Source of the DNA: a virus
Strand: one strand, 5' to 3'
DNA length: 64,000 nucleotides
IMG/VR virus record: IMGVR_UViG_3300047472_000134
Coordinates: 17,517-81,516 of that record
The notes beneath the pieces were generated by a model. It had not been told where the DNA came from. It saw nothing but the letters and a program-made list of their open reading frames with translations, and did not search any database. Of this stretch, positions 1-8,687 are shown one piece after another; positions within the stretch are counted from its first letter, which is position 1, and every line of letters starts with the position of its first letter. The position numbers and the translations under genes are program-made.

Positions 1-109
1 TCGCTGACGATCTCGTAGTCGTCAGGGTCAAAAATCGCCGGCCTCGGTCGGCGGTTCCCCTCATAAAAAGGGGTTCCAGACGTCGATTTTGGAGAATTTT
101 TAGGGCGCT

Positions 110-679
110 TTAGGCGCCCTTTTCTGTATATTTGAGCATGCGTTTCGTCCGGAAAGCCTGCTTTTCCGCTTCCGTCAAGGTTGGCTGGTTGAACAGCAGA
201 TTCGAAACTTCAATGGTCCATTTGTCCCGCTTCAGGTTCTTGGCGATGTTATCGAGTCCGCGGATTATGATGTAGATACCAGTCAGGAGCGGAAGGGCTT
301 CCGGAACAGCTTCGGGGATCTTGTCCGCGGCATAGAAAATGGCCAATAGGCCAACAGCGATCTCGATTCCACCGTAGATCTTGGGGAAATAACCACGGAT
401 CGCGAAAAAGAGCAGTGCGGCTATAACCACATACAATTTCAAGATGAAGGGCGCAGGGACTGCGGCCAACTCCCTTACTGTCGTCTCGACTTTGTGTCTG
501 AACCCCTCGTTTTTGAGAATGTGACCTGAAAGGTAGCCTGCCAGCACGCCAGCGAGGAGGGCCAAGACTAATGTGCCAATGGTGCCGATAGTTTTCCTAA
601 AAATGGATTTTACTTTTGAATTGACTTCCGGTGGGATGAACTTTTGAACTAGCATTTCAGGCCTTCTGAGATTGGACAT
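110..679 (-). CDS. Hypothetical membrane protein (3-4 TM)
   Basis: 189-aa ORF with several hydrophobic segments; lower GC. Confidence 0.65.
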   Translation of the reverse strand: MSNLRRPEMLVQKFIPPEVNSKVKSIFRKTIGTIGTLVLALLAGVLAGYLSGHILKNEGFRHKVETTVRELAAVPAPFILKLYVVIAALLFFAIRGYFPKIYGGIEIAVGLLAIFYAADKIPEAVPEALPLLTGIYIIIRGLDNIAKNLKRDKWTIEVSNLLFNQPTLTEAEKQAFRTKRMLKYTEKGA

Positions 680-714
680 ATATCGAGGGTTGTCCGGATC
701 TGAGTGCTCGTCAA

Positions 715-1134
715 GTGCCGAAAATCGTGTATCTTCTGTCTATGTTCATTCAGATCAACCGACACACCACAGGTGAGCACGAAACTGTCATAATCGGGCT
801 CGTGGAGCTAAATGACGATGATGTCGGTGAATTCTATATTCAGCTCGACAATGAACATCGTGAAGCGGCTCAGATTGTGATCACGATCGCCGGCTACGAG
901 GATGGGGAATCTTATGACGTGGGCTTTATTGCGGAGCTCGTGGATGGAATTCCGAGGCTGGATCAGGTTCAGGTTCTGAAATTCAAGGCCGAGGAGAAGC
1001 CTGTTGCGGTCGATTTTGACGACGATGCGGTGGTTCAAATGGCCAGACTTGTTGCTCGAGAGATCGCTGTTGAGAACCATATGAACCTGCATTATGCGGC
1101 TAAAATCGGCGTTAAGTCCTCGTATTTCCATTGA
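715..1134 (+). CDS. Acidic hypothetical protein
   Basis: 139-aa ORF followed by a terminator; start may be ATG 742. Confidence 0.6.
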   Translation: MPKIVYLLSMFIQINRHTTGEHETVIIGLVELNDDDVGEFYIQLDNEHREAAQIVITIAGYEDGESYDVGFIAELVDGIPRLDQVQVLKFKAEEKPVAVDFDDDAVVQMARLVAREIAVENHMNLHYAAKIGVKSSYFH

Positions 1135-1157
1135 AATTGCGGTTTTTGAGTTGTCAA

Positions 1158-1188
1158 CGGGCGTCCGAGAGGGCGCCCGATTTTCGTT
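1158..1188 (+). terminator. Intrinsic terminator
   Basis: CGGGCGTCC-GAGA-GGGCGCCCG then ATTTTCGTT. Confidence 0.65.
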
Positions 1189-1190
1189 CA

Positions 1191-1207
1191 AGAGTATGCA
1201 TTACTCT
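1191..1207. promoter_or_regulatory. Palindromic operator site 1
   Basis: AGAGTA-TGCAT-TACTCT; one of seven copies. Confidence 0.75.
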
Positions 1208-1489
1208 CGCGTTTCGCCTCTAGCGCCAGGTGCTGGTTCGGATTTAGAGGTTGGGCATCAGAGAGGTTCCCTAGACCCCTATGATAGCAGTCCGAAAAAC
1301 GAAAAATTTCCCGGAGTTTGTCTGACCCTATTAAGCGAAAAAAGCTGAATAAGATCAGATAATTAGGTGGTACCCTTCGTTCGCTTTCGGTGATGATAGG
1401 CATTAGATTGATAACAGTTGATCAAACGGGTCAACGAGGGGATGGCCTTGGCCAGCCCCTTGGCGGGAGACGTGCGTCTTCCTCCTCAC

Positions 1490-1534
1490 TTCCCCCACGG
1501 GGGAACGGATCAAACACTCTCCCCCACGGGGGAA
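1490..1534. repeat. Duplicated palindrome TCCCCC-AC-GGGGGA
   Basis: Copies at 1491-1504 and 1520-1533, just upstream of ATG 1552. Confidence 0.8.
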
Positions 1535-1551
1535 ACGAAAGGGACACGGAC

Positions 1552-2307
1552 ATGAGCACGACGACGGCGGTTAAGGAACAGACTAACATCCCAACGGGCT
1601 ACACGGTAGCGTCGGTTATCTCTCGGATCATGGCGCTAGACGTCGATGCTTCGGGCAATGCCGAAAAGGCAGCATGGAAGCGTTACATGAGCCTTTGCCT
1701 CCTGTCGCTGGCCAAGGGTTGGGACCTGAAGAAGGTTGCGGAACAGGTCTTTGGCGCCAATGCCAAGCCTTCCAAGACATTCCAGAACATGGCAAGCCTT
1801 GCCCGCAAGGTCCGCCACAATCCGGAATTGCTTGGCAATCATCAATGGGCCGACGTCAAGGTCATGGCCATTGAAGAGGCGCAGGACGCCACGATCGCCA
1901 TGATCAATCGCCACATGGCGGTGCTCGATGTCTCGTCCAAAAACGAGTACGAAAAGTTCTGCGAATTCTCCGCTGTTGAGGCAGGGGAGAAGAGGCAGCA
2001 GGACGCGGACGAAAAGGCTGCTGCAGCCAAGGCGAAAGCCGAAGCCGATTTGGCCGAAAAGGTCGAAACGGACAAGAAGGAGACGGACGCCAAAGCCAAG
2101 GCGGACGCCACTCCGGAGCGCACGCCAGCCGAGGCCGCGATTGCAGCCCTAGCGGATGCATCCTCCTCTGACTTGGTTCAAGTCGCCTTCCATTGCCTCA
2201 AGGGCAAGATTGATCTCTCGGATGCAATCGCCATCCGCGACTGGTTGGACAATGCCATCGCCATGGCCGCGACCCAGATCGAAGGCCCCGCTGCAGCCGC
2301 AGCGTAA
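1552..2307 (+). CDS. First early protein, Ala/Lys/Glu-rich, function unknown
   Basis: Long ORF with phage-like codon usage; ATG 1552 after AAGGGA. Confidence 0.8.
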   Translation: MSTTTAVKEQTNIPTGYTVASVISRIMALDVDASGNAEKAAWKRYMSLCLLSLAKGWDLKKVAEQVFGANAKPSKTFQNMASLARKVRHNPELLGNHQWADVKVMAIEEAQDATIAMINRHMAVLDVSSKNEYEKFCEFSAVEAGEKRQQDADEKAAAAKAKAEADLAEKVETDKKETDAKAKADATPERTPAEAAIAALADASSSDLVQVAFHCLKGKIDLSDAIAIRDWLDNAIAMAATQIEGPAAAAA

Positions 2308-2422
2308 GGCCCCCACTCCCCACCCACGAAGCAACACCCAAGGCACAACCGTGCCTTGGTCCACAACCCTGCGTCGCATCACATGACGCGAGAGACCAAC
2401 TTAAAAGCGCGAAGGAAGGCGT

Positions 2423-2839
2423 TTGGAAATGATCCGCGAAACGACAAATCCGAAATACCAGCAGCCAGCTCAACATTCCGGAAAGGTCCGCATCCTCGCG
2501 AACCGCAACACCGAGTTCTACGAAGGCGACTTCGTATCGGCTAGCTCGCGGGACATGTCCAAAGGCATTCCACCACAGCCGAACTTCGTGGATCGTAAGC
2601 CTCATGAGGCTCCGAGCCGCGAACCCGAGCCGAGAGACAGGCCGCTCGGGTCGAGCATGTGGATCTTGGATCAAGATTCAAGCGCCCCGCTCTGGTTCAT
2701 CAAGGACCGGACCACGCATCACATCTTCGCTCAGGTTCGCGGCTCACTGCCGTGGATCGTGGACCAGATGAAACTGCTCGCCGACCAGCTCGGAGGGCAG
2801 GTCAATGAACTGTATTATCAGAGGGCTAGGGACAACTGA
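2423..2839 (+). CDS. Hypothetical early protein (start uncertain, possibly 2657)
   Basis: Stop overlaps next ATG (TGATG). Confidence 0.5.
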   Translation: MEMIRETTNPKYQQPAQHSGKVRILANRNTEFYEGDFVSASSRDMSKGIPPQPNFVDRKPHEAPSREPEPRDRPLGSSMWILDQDSSAPLWFIKDRTTHHIFAQVRGSLPWIVDQMKLLADQLGGQVNELYYQRARDN

Positions 2840-3057
2840 TGTTTACGAACACATACCAACACGGATGGGATGATGCCATCCACAAGCGGCCGAAACCAGT
2901 CGGCATGTCAAGCGAGTATCGCGACGGCTACATGGCCGGCGAGCGCTACTGCATCAAGGAACGGACTGTGGAGCTGATTGCGGTCGGCGCCCTGGCCTTT
3001 ACCATGGGTGGCGTGTTCCTTGCATGGGTCGCCCAGAGCGTGGTGCTGGCCGTATGA
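2839..3057 (+). CDS. Small protein with C-terminal TM
   Basis: Coupled ORF with hydrophobic tail. Confidence 0.65.
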   Translation: MFTNTYQHGWDDAIHKRPKPVGMSSEYRDGYMAGERYCIKERTVELIAVGALAFTMGGVFLAWVAQSVVLAV

Positions 3058-3254
3058 CGGAATTCTGGTACCTCGATTTATCGGGCCGGGTTCTCGGCTC
3101 GGTTCAGGCATTCTCGTTTCGAGATGCTCATGCATGGCTGACCATGCAGGGTGTCTCGTACCACACGGTCACCAAATTTCGGCCTCGCCAGCGCAAGTCT
3201 CGCGAGCGTCGGATCGAGAAGCGTACTCGCCGGTACGGGGAGTTGGCGTTGTGA
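3054..3254 (+). CDS. Hypothetical early protein
   Basis: ATGA overlap with upstream gene. Confidence 0.6.
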   Translation: MTEFWYLDLSGRVLGSVQAFSFRDAHAWLTMQGVSYHTVTKFRPRQRKSRERRIEKRTRRYGELAL

Positions 3255-3380
3255 CGGCTATGATTGTCCCGGCTGGTCTATGTACCGGCCGGGATCTTGG
3301 ACGTGAACCAGAACCGCGACCCTTGTGTGGGTTGGGATTTTAAGAGTCGGGATTTGTGCTTTTCGGGTTTTCGGGTCGAG

Positions 3381-3406
3381 GTTCTGGTTCAGTTCTGGTT
3401 CAGTTC
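3381..3406. repeat. Tandem 11-bp repeat forming overlapping GTTC-N7-GTTC (LexA-box-like) sites
   Basis: GTTCTGGTTCA x2 plus GTTC. Confidence 0.55.
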
Positions 3407-3440
3407 AGGCCAGTGGAGTGTTTCGACGCCGCTCGAGGAC

Positions 3441-3459
3441 GAGAGTATTACTTACTCAA
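3441..3459. promoter_or_regulatory. Palindromic operator site 2
   Basis: GAGAGTA-TTACT-TACTCAA. Confidence 0.75.
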
Positions 3460-3536
3460 AAAATTTTCCCAGCAAACTAGGTAACCCCTTTTCTATTATC
3501 TCTCTTTCTCTCTCTCTATTCTCTAGGGAGAAAAAA

Positions 3537-3555
3537 GAAAGTAAGTAATACTCTT
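3537..3555. promoter_or_regulatory. Palindromic operator site 3 (inverted relative to site 2)
   Basis: GAAAGTA-AGTAA-TACTCTT; shares 15 bp with site 2 as an inverted repeat. Confidence 0.7.
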
Positions 3556-3738
3556 GAAAGAGAAGGGTCATCAACTGCCCCCGAAAATGGGAATTTCCAT
3601 CCCACCAGAATGGCCATAGACGAGCGTAAGCGCTGGCATGGTGCATTCCCTTCGACCACCCCTCCAATCGTGCTGGTGACTCGCCTCGTGGCGAGCTGAG
3701 CCTGTTTGGACCTGATCCAGATCCGAGATCCACGATCC

Positions 3739-3900
3739 ATGAACATTGAACGCATCAAACAGCTCGCGGAGCAGCATGGGCTCATCACAGCCCAGCGTAT
3801 CGTCGTCCGCGAAAAAGTCCGCGCAGCGATCCACCGAGCCCAAACCGTCGACGAGATCAAGGCGATCCTCCTCGACATGTATCCGGAGGTAAAACCGTGA
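3739..3900 (+). CDS. Small hypothetical protein
   Basis: MNIERIKQ..., phage codon usage. Confidence 0.55.
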   Translation: MNIERIKQLAEQHGLITAQRIVVREKVRAAIHRAQTVDEIKAILLDMYPEVKP

Positions 3901-3981
3901 CAAGGCGCCACTTCCCCATCCACCAACCCATCACACGCCAGAGCCCGACAGATCGGAGCCTCTGGATCATCAAGGTGAACC

Positions 3982-4227
3982 ATGACCAAGATTAAGCCCC
4001 TCGAATGGGACGCCCGCAATGAGGGCTTCGGCCACGGCCGGATCCACTATGGGTTCGGTGTCTTCAGGCACTGGTACGGCGTGAGGCGCATCAAGACAGG
4101 CTCTTGGGAATGCTTCTACCACCTCGGCGGGACCACGGTCCGACTGCCGCTCCAATCGAGCCTCGAGATCGCCAAGGCTGAAGCCCAGGCGGACTACGAA
4201 AAGCACATGCTGGGCGCCATAGCCTAA
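3982..4227 (+). CDS. Hypothetical early protein
   Basis: AAGGTG RBS; IKPLEW...AKAEAQADYE pattern typical of small phage proteins. Confidence 0.7.
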   Translation: MTKIKPLEWDARNEGFGHGRIHYGFGVFRHWYGVRRIKTGSWECFYHLGGTTVRLPLQSSLEIAKAEAQADYEKHMLGAIA

Positions 4228-4260
4228 TCCCACCACCCTCAATCTGAATCAGGATGAACC

Positions 4261-4593
4261 ATGTCGGTACTCGACTTGCTTACCCGTGCCCAAAATCTGA
4301 TCCGCGATCCAGCCAACTGGACGCAGGACTTCATCGCTCGCGACAAGATAGGCAGACCTGTCAACGTCACAGATCCGGACGCAGTTTGCTTCTGCAGTCT
4401 CGGCGCTCTGGCACGAGCTGAACCTGATCCAGAAGCACGAGCCAAGGCCAAGATTTACCTCCATGACGCTGTCGACCACCTGACGGGTGGCTGGGGCATC
4501 GCGACGTTCAACGACCGCGAAGGCCGCACCCACGCCGAGGTCATGGCCATGTGGGACAAGGCACGGGAGCTCGCCATTGCAAACGCCGCTTGA
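4261..4593 (+). CDS. DUF6197-like protein, paralog 1
   Basis: LIRDP-x2-WTQ...AR...CFCSLGA...FND...THAEV...WDKA. Confidence 0.75.
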   Translation: MSVLDLLTRAQNLIRDPANWTQDFIARDKIGRPVNVTDPDAVCFCSLGALARAEPDPEARAKAKIYLHDAVDHLTGGWGIATFNDREGRTHAEVMAMWDKARELAIANAA

Positions 4594-4915
4594 GACCCTG
4601 ACCCTCGCCCAGGATCTGATCCGCGATCCTCGCAAGTGGACCAAGGGCTACTTCGCTCGCAATGAGCGGGGAGCCATGGTCGAGGCCAACTCGCTGAACG
4701 CCAAGTGCTGGTGCGCCGTTGGTGCGGTGCTGAAGGTCTCGAACTACAGCCCCTATCTGGGGCTCAGCAACAACAGGGTGATCCGGCTGCTGAGCCAGGC
4801 CAGCAATGACGTGATCGTCCCTCATTTCAACGACAATCCCGACGTCACCCATGACGACATCATGGCGATGTTCAACCGTGCGAAAGGCCTGGCCCGTGAG
4901 CAACAAGCTGCTTGA
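4577..4915 (+). CDS. DUF6197-like protein, paralog 2
   Basis: TTG start after GGGAG; LIRDPRKWTKG...CWCAVGA...FND...THDD. Confidence 0.75.
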   Translation: MQTPLETLTLAQDLIRDPRKWTKGYFARNERGAMVEANSLNAKCWCAVGAVLKVSNYSPYLGLSNNRVIRLLSQASNDVIVPHFNDNPDVTHDDIMAMFNRAKGLAREQQAA

Positions 4916-5222
4916 ACTGATAACCGCCGGTCAGGAGCTGATCCGTGATCCTGCCCACTGGACCCAGGGCATCTATGCCCGCAACTCGGCCGGCGAAGCT
5001 GTCGGCATGCTGTCTGATCGCGCTTTTTGCTTCTGCAGCATCGGTGCTCTGCACCGTGCTCAACATAATCTCGATCTTGAATACGAACTGATCGACCAAG
5101 CGCACGAGATTCTGGACAAGGCCACCGGCGAGATCGAGAGCGTGGTCAAGGCGAACGACAGCAACTCGCACGACTATGTCATGGGCATGTGGGACAGGGC
5201 GAAGGAGCTGGCCAGTGCCTGA
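4896..5222 (+). CDS. DUF6197-like protein, paralog 3
   Basis: GTG start; LIRDPAHWTQG...CFCSIGA...ND...SHD...WDRA. Confidence 0.75.
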   Translation: MSNKLLELITAGQELIRDPAHWTQGIYARNSAGEAVGMLSDRAFCFCSIGALHRAQHNLDLEYELIDQAHEILDKATGEIESVVKANDSNSHDYVMGMWDRAKELASA

Positions 5223-5472
5223 CATCGAAATCTCCATCGACGTCGACATCACCGCCGGGATCGCATTCTGGGTCGATCCAGAACACTGGCTCGAGCTCGA
5301 TGAAGCAGGGAAGCGAGCCCACATCGCTGGCGTGATCGACGCCATCGCAGGGGACATGGCGAACGACGTGATCCGCTTCCGGGCCGGCAACCTGTCGGCC
5401 TCCATCACCGGACCAATCCAAGACACGATCTCCCTCGACGAGGTGCAGATCTATGATCCGAGGGAAACATGA
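5215..5472 (+). CDS. Hypothetical early protein
   Basis: GTG after AAGGAG; coupled. Confidence 0.7.
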   Translation: MPDIEISIDVDITAGIAFWVDPEHWLELDEAGKRAHIAGVIDAIAGDMANDVIRFRAGNLSASITGPIQDTISLDEVQIYDPRET

Positions 5473-5726
5473 ACCAGAGAATGACCTTCAACACTGGCCG
5501 GCTCTACACAGCGCTCGGCCAGGTGATCACGTTCGAGAAGCACGACGATCACGTCCTGTTCAAGGACCACAGCCGCCTGATCTGCGGCCGGATCGACGAT
5601 GTCCCTCCCCTGGGTGTCGAGATCCCGAAGTGGGTGATGAGCCACTACGACAAGAACAACTATCGCATGTCGACCGAGGCCATCGGCCTCGACCAGTCGG
5701 ACACGATCCACAACGTGAGGCTCTAG
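5469..5726 (+). CDS. Hypothetical early protein
   Basis: ATGA overlap; phage codon usage. Confidence 0.7.
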   Translation: MNQRMTFNTGRLYTALGQVITFEKHDDHVLFKDHSRLICGRIDDVPPLGVEIPKWVMSHYDKNNYRMSTEAIGLDQSDTIHNVRL

Positions 5727-5983
5727 CGGGGCAACTGACCCAAGATCCACTTGTTGCCTAGTTTGTTGTTGCAGGATCTGCAGCGCAATCGAGACGTGAG
5801 CGATCCAAGGTAGGCACCCTTGCCATACCTCCGAGCCAGATCCCAGCGATCGAGCCACGCTTCACGCTCACACTTGGGGCAGCTGACCCCAATCGCCTGA
5901 TACTCCGGGACATCGTCGAATGTGACGTGAATGGGCTCCTTGATTGGACCCAGATACGTGATGTCGCCTGACCGCTGTCTCAT
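5723..5983 (-). CDS. Small zinc-finger protein (CPKC...CRSC), moron
   Basis: 86 aa from ATG 5983; opposite strand to neighbours; has its own promoter. Confidence 0.75.
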   Translation of the reverse strand: MRQRSGDITYLGPIKEPIHVTFDDVPEYQAIGVSCPKCEREAWLDRWDLARRYGKGAYLGSLTSRLRCRSCNNKLGNKWILGQLPR

Positions 5984-5984
5984 C

Positions 5985-6018
5985 GTTCTTATTTCGTTCA
6001 CGCAATCGAAAGAGTCAA
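5985..6018 (-). promoter_or_regulatory. Promoter with alphaproteobacterial LexA box
   Basis: GTTC-TTATTTC-GTTC at 5985-5999; TTGACT -35 at 6018-6013 on the - strand. Confidence 0.75.
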
Positions 6019-6019
6019 T

Positions 6020-6415
6020 ATGACCGATTTCGTCAAAAGCTCGGGGTGCATCTTCACCGATCTCGAACTGACGCCGCCTCTTACCCTGTCCTACAAGAAC
6101 TGGAAGGGTGAAGTGGCCGACCGCATGATCATGCCGACAACCGTTTGGTTCGGGACGACCGAATGGCACCCCAACCCACAATGGTTCCTCAAAGGCACGG
6201 ACCTGGAGAAGCGTGAGGAGCGAGATTTCGCGATCGCTGACTTCGGGGCGAGCAAGGACCAGCTCATCGAACAGATGGCCGGCGCCCTCAACTTCATCCT
6301 GGCCTTCTACGAACCGGGCCAGAGCTACCTGGACACCAACGCATGGACCAGAGCCGAGGCCGGTGGCCGCAAAGCTTTGGCGGACGCGAAAGCTGCGGGG
6401 TACTTCCGTGCCTGA
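6020..6415 (+). CDS. WYL-like domain protein
   Basis: YKNWKGE...R...P...W...D..K...RDF pattern. Confidence 0.65.
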   Translation: MTDFVKSSGCIFTDLELTPPLTLSYKNWKGEVADRMIMPTTVWFGTTEWHPNPQWFLKGTDLEKREERDFAIADFGASKDQLIEQMAGALNFILAFYEPGQSYLDTNAWTRAEAGGRKALADAKAAGYFRA

Positions 6416-6515
6416 CGACGACTTCCCCTACCCCTACGACCTCAACGAGTTCGACGATGATGAAGACATCGACGAGCTGATCAGGAGCCTGAACCGTGAC
6501 CATGACCCCGCTTGA
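6408..6515 (+). CDS. 35-aa highly acidic peptide
   Basis: GTG start; fills the gap between coupled genes. Confidence 0.45.
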   Translation: MPDDDFPYPYDLNEFDDDEDIDELIRSLNRDHDPA

Positions 6516-6831
6516 AGTTCTCGTCGCCGGCCGTGACTTGCTGTCGGACCCTGACCGGTGGACGCAGCGTGCCCTTGCCCGAGACAAGAAGGGCGAAGCC
6601 ACGGACAATCCCTGGGACGCGAAGGCCACTTGCTTCTGCTCATTAGGCGCGGTCCACAAGGTGCTGGGCTCTGGTGAACTCGAGCTCAAGTTCGAGGTGA
6701 AGCAATACCTGTCACAGGCGGCTCCAACCCACAGTATCGTCCCCTACAACGACAACCACACTCACGCCGAGGTGCTTGCCGTCTGGGACGAGGCAATTAA
6801 GGCCGCGACCGCCGATGCACGTCACATCTGA
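6496..6831 (+). CDS. DUF6197-like protein, paralog 4
   Basis: AGGAG RBS; DPDRWTQ...CFCSLGA...YND..THAEV...WDEA. Confidence 0.75.
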   Translation: MTMTPLEVLVAGRDLLSDPDRWTQRALARDKKGEATDNPWDAKATCFCSLGAVHKVLGSGELELKFEVKQYLSQAAPTHSIVPYNDNHTHAEVLAVWDEAIKAATADARHI

Positions 6832-7138
6832 CGGGACAGCGTTCGGCCAGGTCGATCCCGGTCTCCTAGCCGAAACCCGCCAGCAGCAGAGCCTCTTCAA
6901 CACGGAGATGCTCAAGTACCGGGTCCGCGACGGACAGAAGCAACTGTCCATCGCCTTTCACACCAAGACCAGCATGCCGGCCATCTTCCTCGCCGCCGGC
7001 ACGTATCCGGGCCTCGCATCGATCGAGGTCCATTCGAAGAGCTTCGTCACTGTCCACACACCTTACCGGACACCTGAAGACGTGAAGCTGATGCGGAGCC
7101 ACTTCCGCGATCTCTGGCAAATGACCAACACCCTCTAA
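6815..7138 (+). CDS. Hypothetical early protein
   Basis: Coupled ORF. Confidence 0.6.
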   Translation: MHVTSDGTAFGQVDPGLLAETRQQQSLFNTEMLKYRVRDGQKQLSIAFHTKTSMPAIFLAAGTYPGLASIEVHSKSFVTVHTPYRTPEDVKLMRSHFRDLWQMTNTL

Positions 7139-7151
7139 GAGAGCGATCCCC

Positions 7152-8687
7152 ATGACTGCGAAACCTGCTGTGCAGACAGCGGGCAGCTTTGTGCTGCCTG
7201 CAGATATTGAACGCTATGACGACAAGGTCACCGTGACCCTGCCTCATGGCTCGCTGATGTTCGACACGGAATTCTCCAAGGGCTGGGGCTACCGCTCGAT
7301 CACTGTCCTTTCCAACGACGGTGACATCACGGTCGACGGCCAGTCAGTAACTGGGCTCGCAGAAATCTCGCGGCTCTATGGCTCATATGCCAAGGCGATC
7401 CACGTCCATCGCTCGGCAACCAACATGGCCACCGAGCTGCACCACAACGAGGTGCTGCCCTCACATGACAATAACCCTTGGCTGCGCCACCAGTGGTACC
7501 GCGACAACTTCCTTCGCTGGGTTGAGCTTATGCCGCGGCCGAGTGCAACGGTGCCTGGCGCCGTTGCCTACTACCAGAACCTGGACAAGCGCACCCGCAA
7601 CATCCTGACGCCGATCAAGCCTGGACGCTTCCTGAAGAAATTCTTCGGGGACATCCTTTCCGAAGAACAGATCCATAGCGCTGCCATGGAATGGGCATCT
7701 CGGAACGAGGGCATTCAGGTCCGCGTCACCCAGGACGCGGACGAGATCCAGACCATCTACCAGGCACACCACTTCGGCTCGTGCATGTGGTTCCCAAGTG
7801 GTGGGTACGAGGGTCACGTCCACCCTGCCCGCGTCTATGCTGGGCCGGATCTGGGCATCGCGTACATCGGAACGGTGGATGATCCGATCGCTCGCTGCGT
7901 CGTCTATCCTCAGAAAAAGCTCTACGTCTCGATCTACGGTGACGAGACCCGCATGGAGCCCCTCCTCCGCGAGATGGGCTACCGAAATGGCCATGGCCAC
8001 GAGTGGCATGGTGCTCGCATCCAGCGCATCGAGTATGGGAACGACAGGTTCATCCTGCCTTATCTCGACATGACCAGCGGTGTCGATGACCTCGGTGATT
8101 ACCTGCGGCTGGGTGGCTCGATCGAGTACGACAGCGACAGCGGAGTCACTCATCGCGACGACCGCACGGCGTGTGATGAGTGCAACGGTCGCTATGACAG
8201 GGAAGATATCACCTACATCGCGCACCTACAGCTCGATGTCTGCGATGACTGCTGCCACTCGAACTTCTTCTACTGCCATGGTGACCAAGAGTACCATCGT
8301 GACAGTGATCAAGCCACCACTCCTGGCGCCGGCTATTCCTACTCTGAGCACTTCGTCGAGAAGAGCAACGACTGGTTCAAGTGCGAGGGTCGTGAGGAAT
8401 GGTTCCAGAAGGACCGCGTCACCTACATCACCTGTGCAAGTGATATGACGTATTGCCTGAGCTACGCTCAGGACAACGGCTACTACTGTGAGTATTCACA
8501 GAAGTGGTTCGTGGATGAAGGCTGGAATGCGAGAGTAGAACTCGCGAACGGCAAAGAGGTCAATATAAACGAGTTCGGCTCCAAGGAGGAGTTCGAAACC
8601 TTCGTTGAGACCGAAGGCACCACGATGGTGTGCCTCCCCTCCGACAATCAGCTCGAACTCGAGCTCCCCCTTCAGGAAGCAGCATAA
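7152..8687 (+). CDS. 511-aa protein with GSCM/PYLD core and Cys-rich C-terminus
   Basis: Long ORF; motifs FGSCM, ARCVV, IYGD, PYLD; several CxxC. Confidence 0.8.
   Translation: MTAKPAVQTAGSFVLPADIERYDDKVTVTLPHGSLMFDTEFSKGWGYRSITVLSNDGDITVDGQSVTGLAEISRLYGSYAKAIHVHRSATNMATELHHNEVLPSHDNNPWLRHQWYRDNFLRWVELMPRPSATVPGAVAYYQNLDKRTRNILTPIKPGRFLKKFFGDILSEEQIHSAAMEWASRNEGIQVRVTQDADEIQTIYQAHHFGSCMWFPSGGYEGHVHPARVYAGPDLGIAYIGTVDDPIARCVVYPQKKLYVSIYGDETRMEPLLREMGYRNGHGHEWHGARIQRIEYGNDRFILPYLDMTSGVDDLGDYLRLGGSIEYDSDSGVTHRDDRTACDECNGRYDREDITYIAHLQLDVCDDCCHSNFFYCHGDQEYHRDSDQATTPGAGYSYSEHFVEKSNDWFKCEGREEWFQKDRVTYITCASDMTYCLSYAQDNGYYCEYSQKWFVDEGWNARVELANGKEVNINEFGSKEEFETFVETEGTTMVCLPSDNQLELELPLQEAA

Noticed and set aside
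1-110. Partial - strand gene at the window edge
   Set aside because: A frame is open, but no start or function can be supported
3264-3548. 94-aa ORF across the control region
   Set aside because: Low-complexity translation of repeats and operators; atypical codon usage
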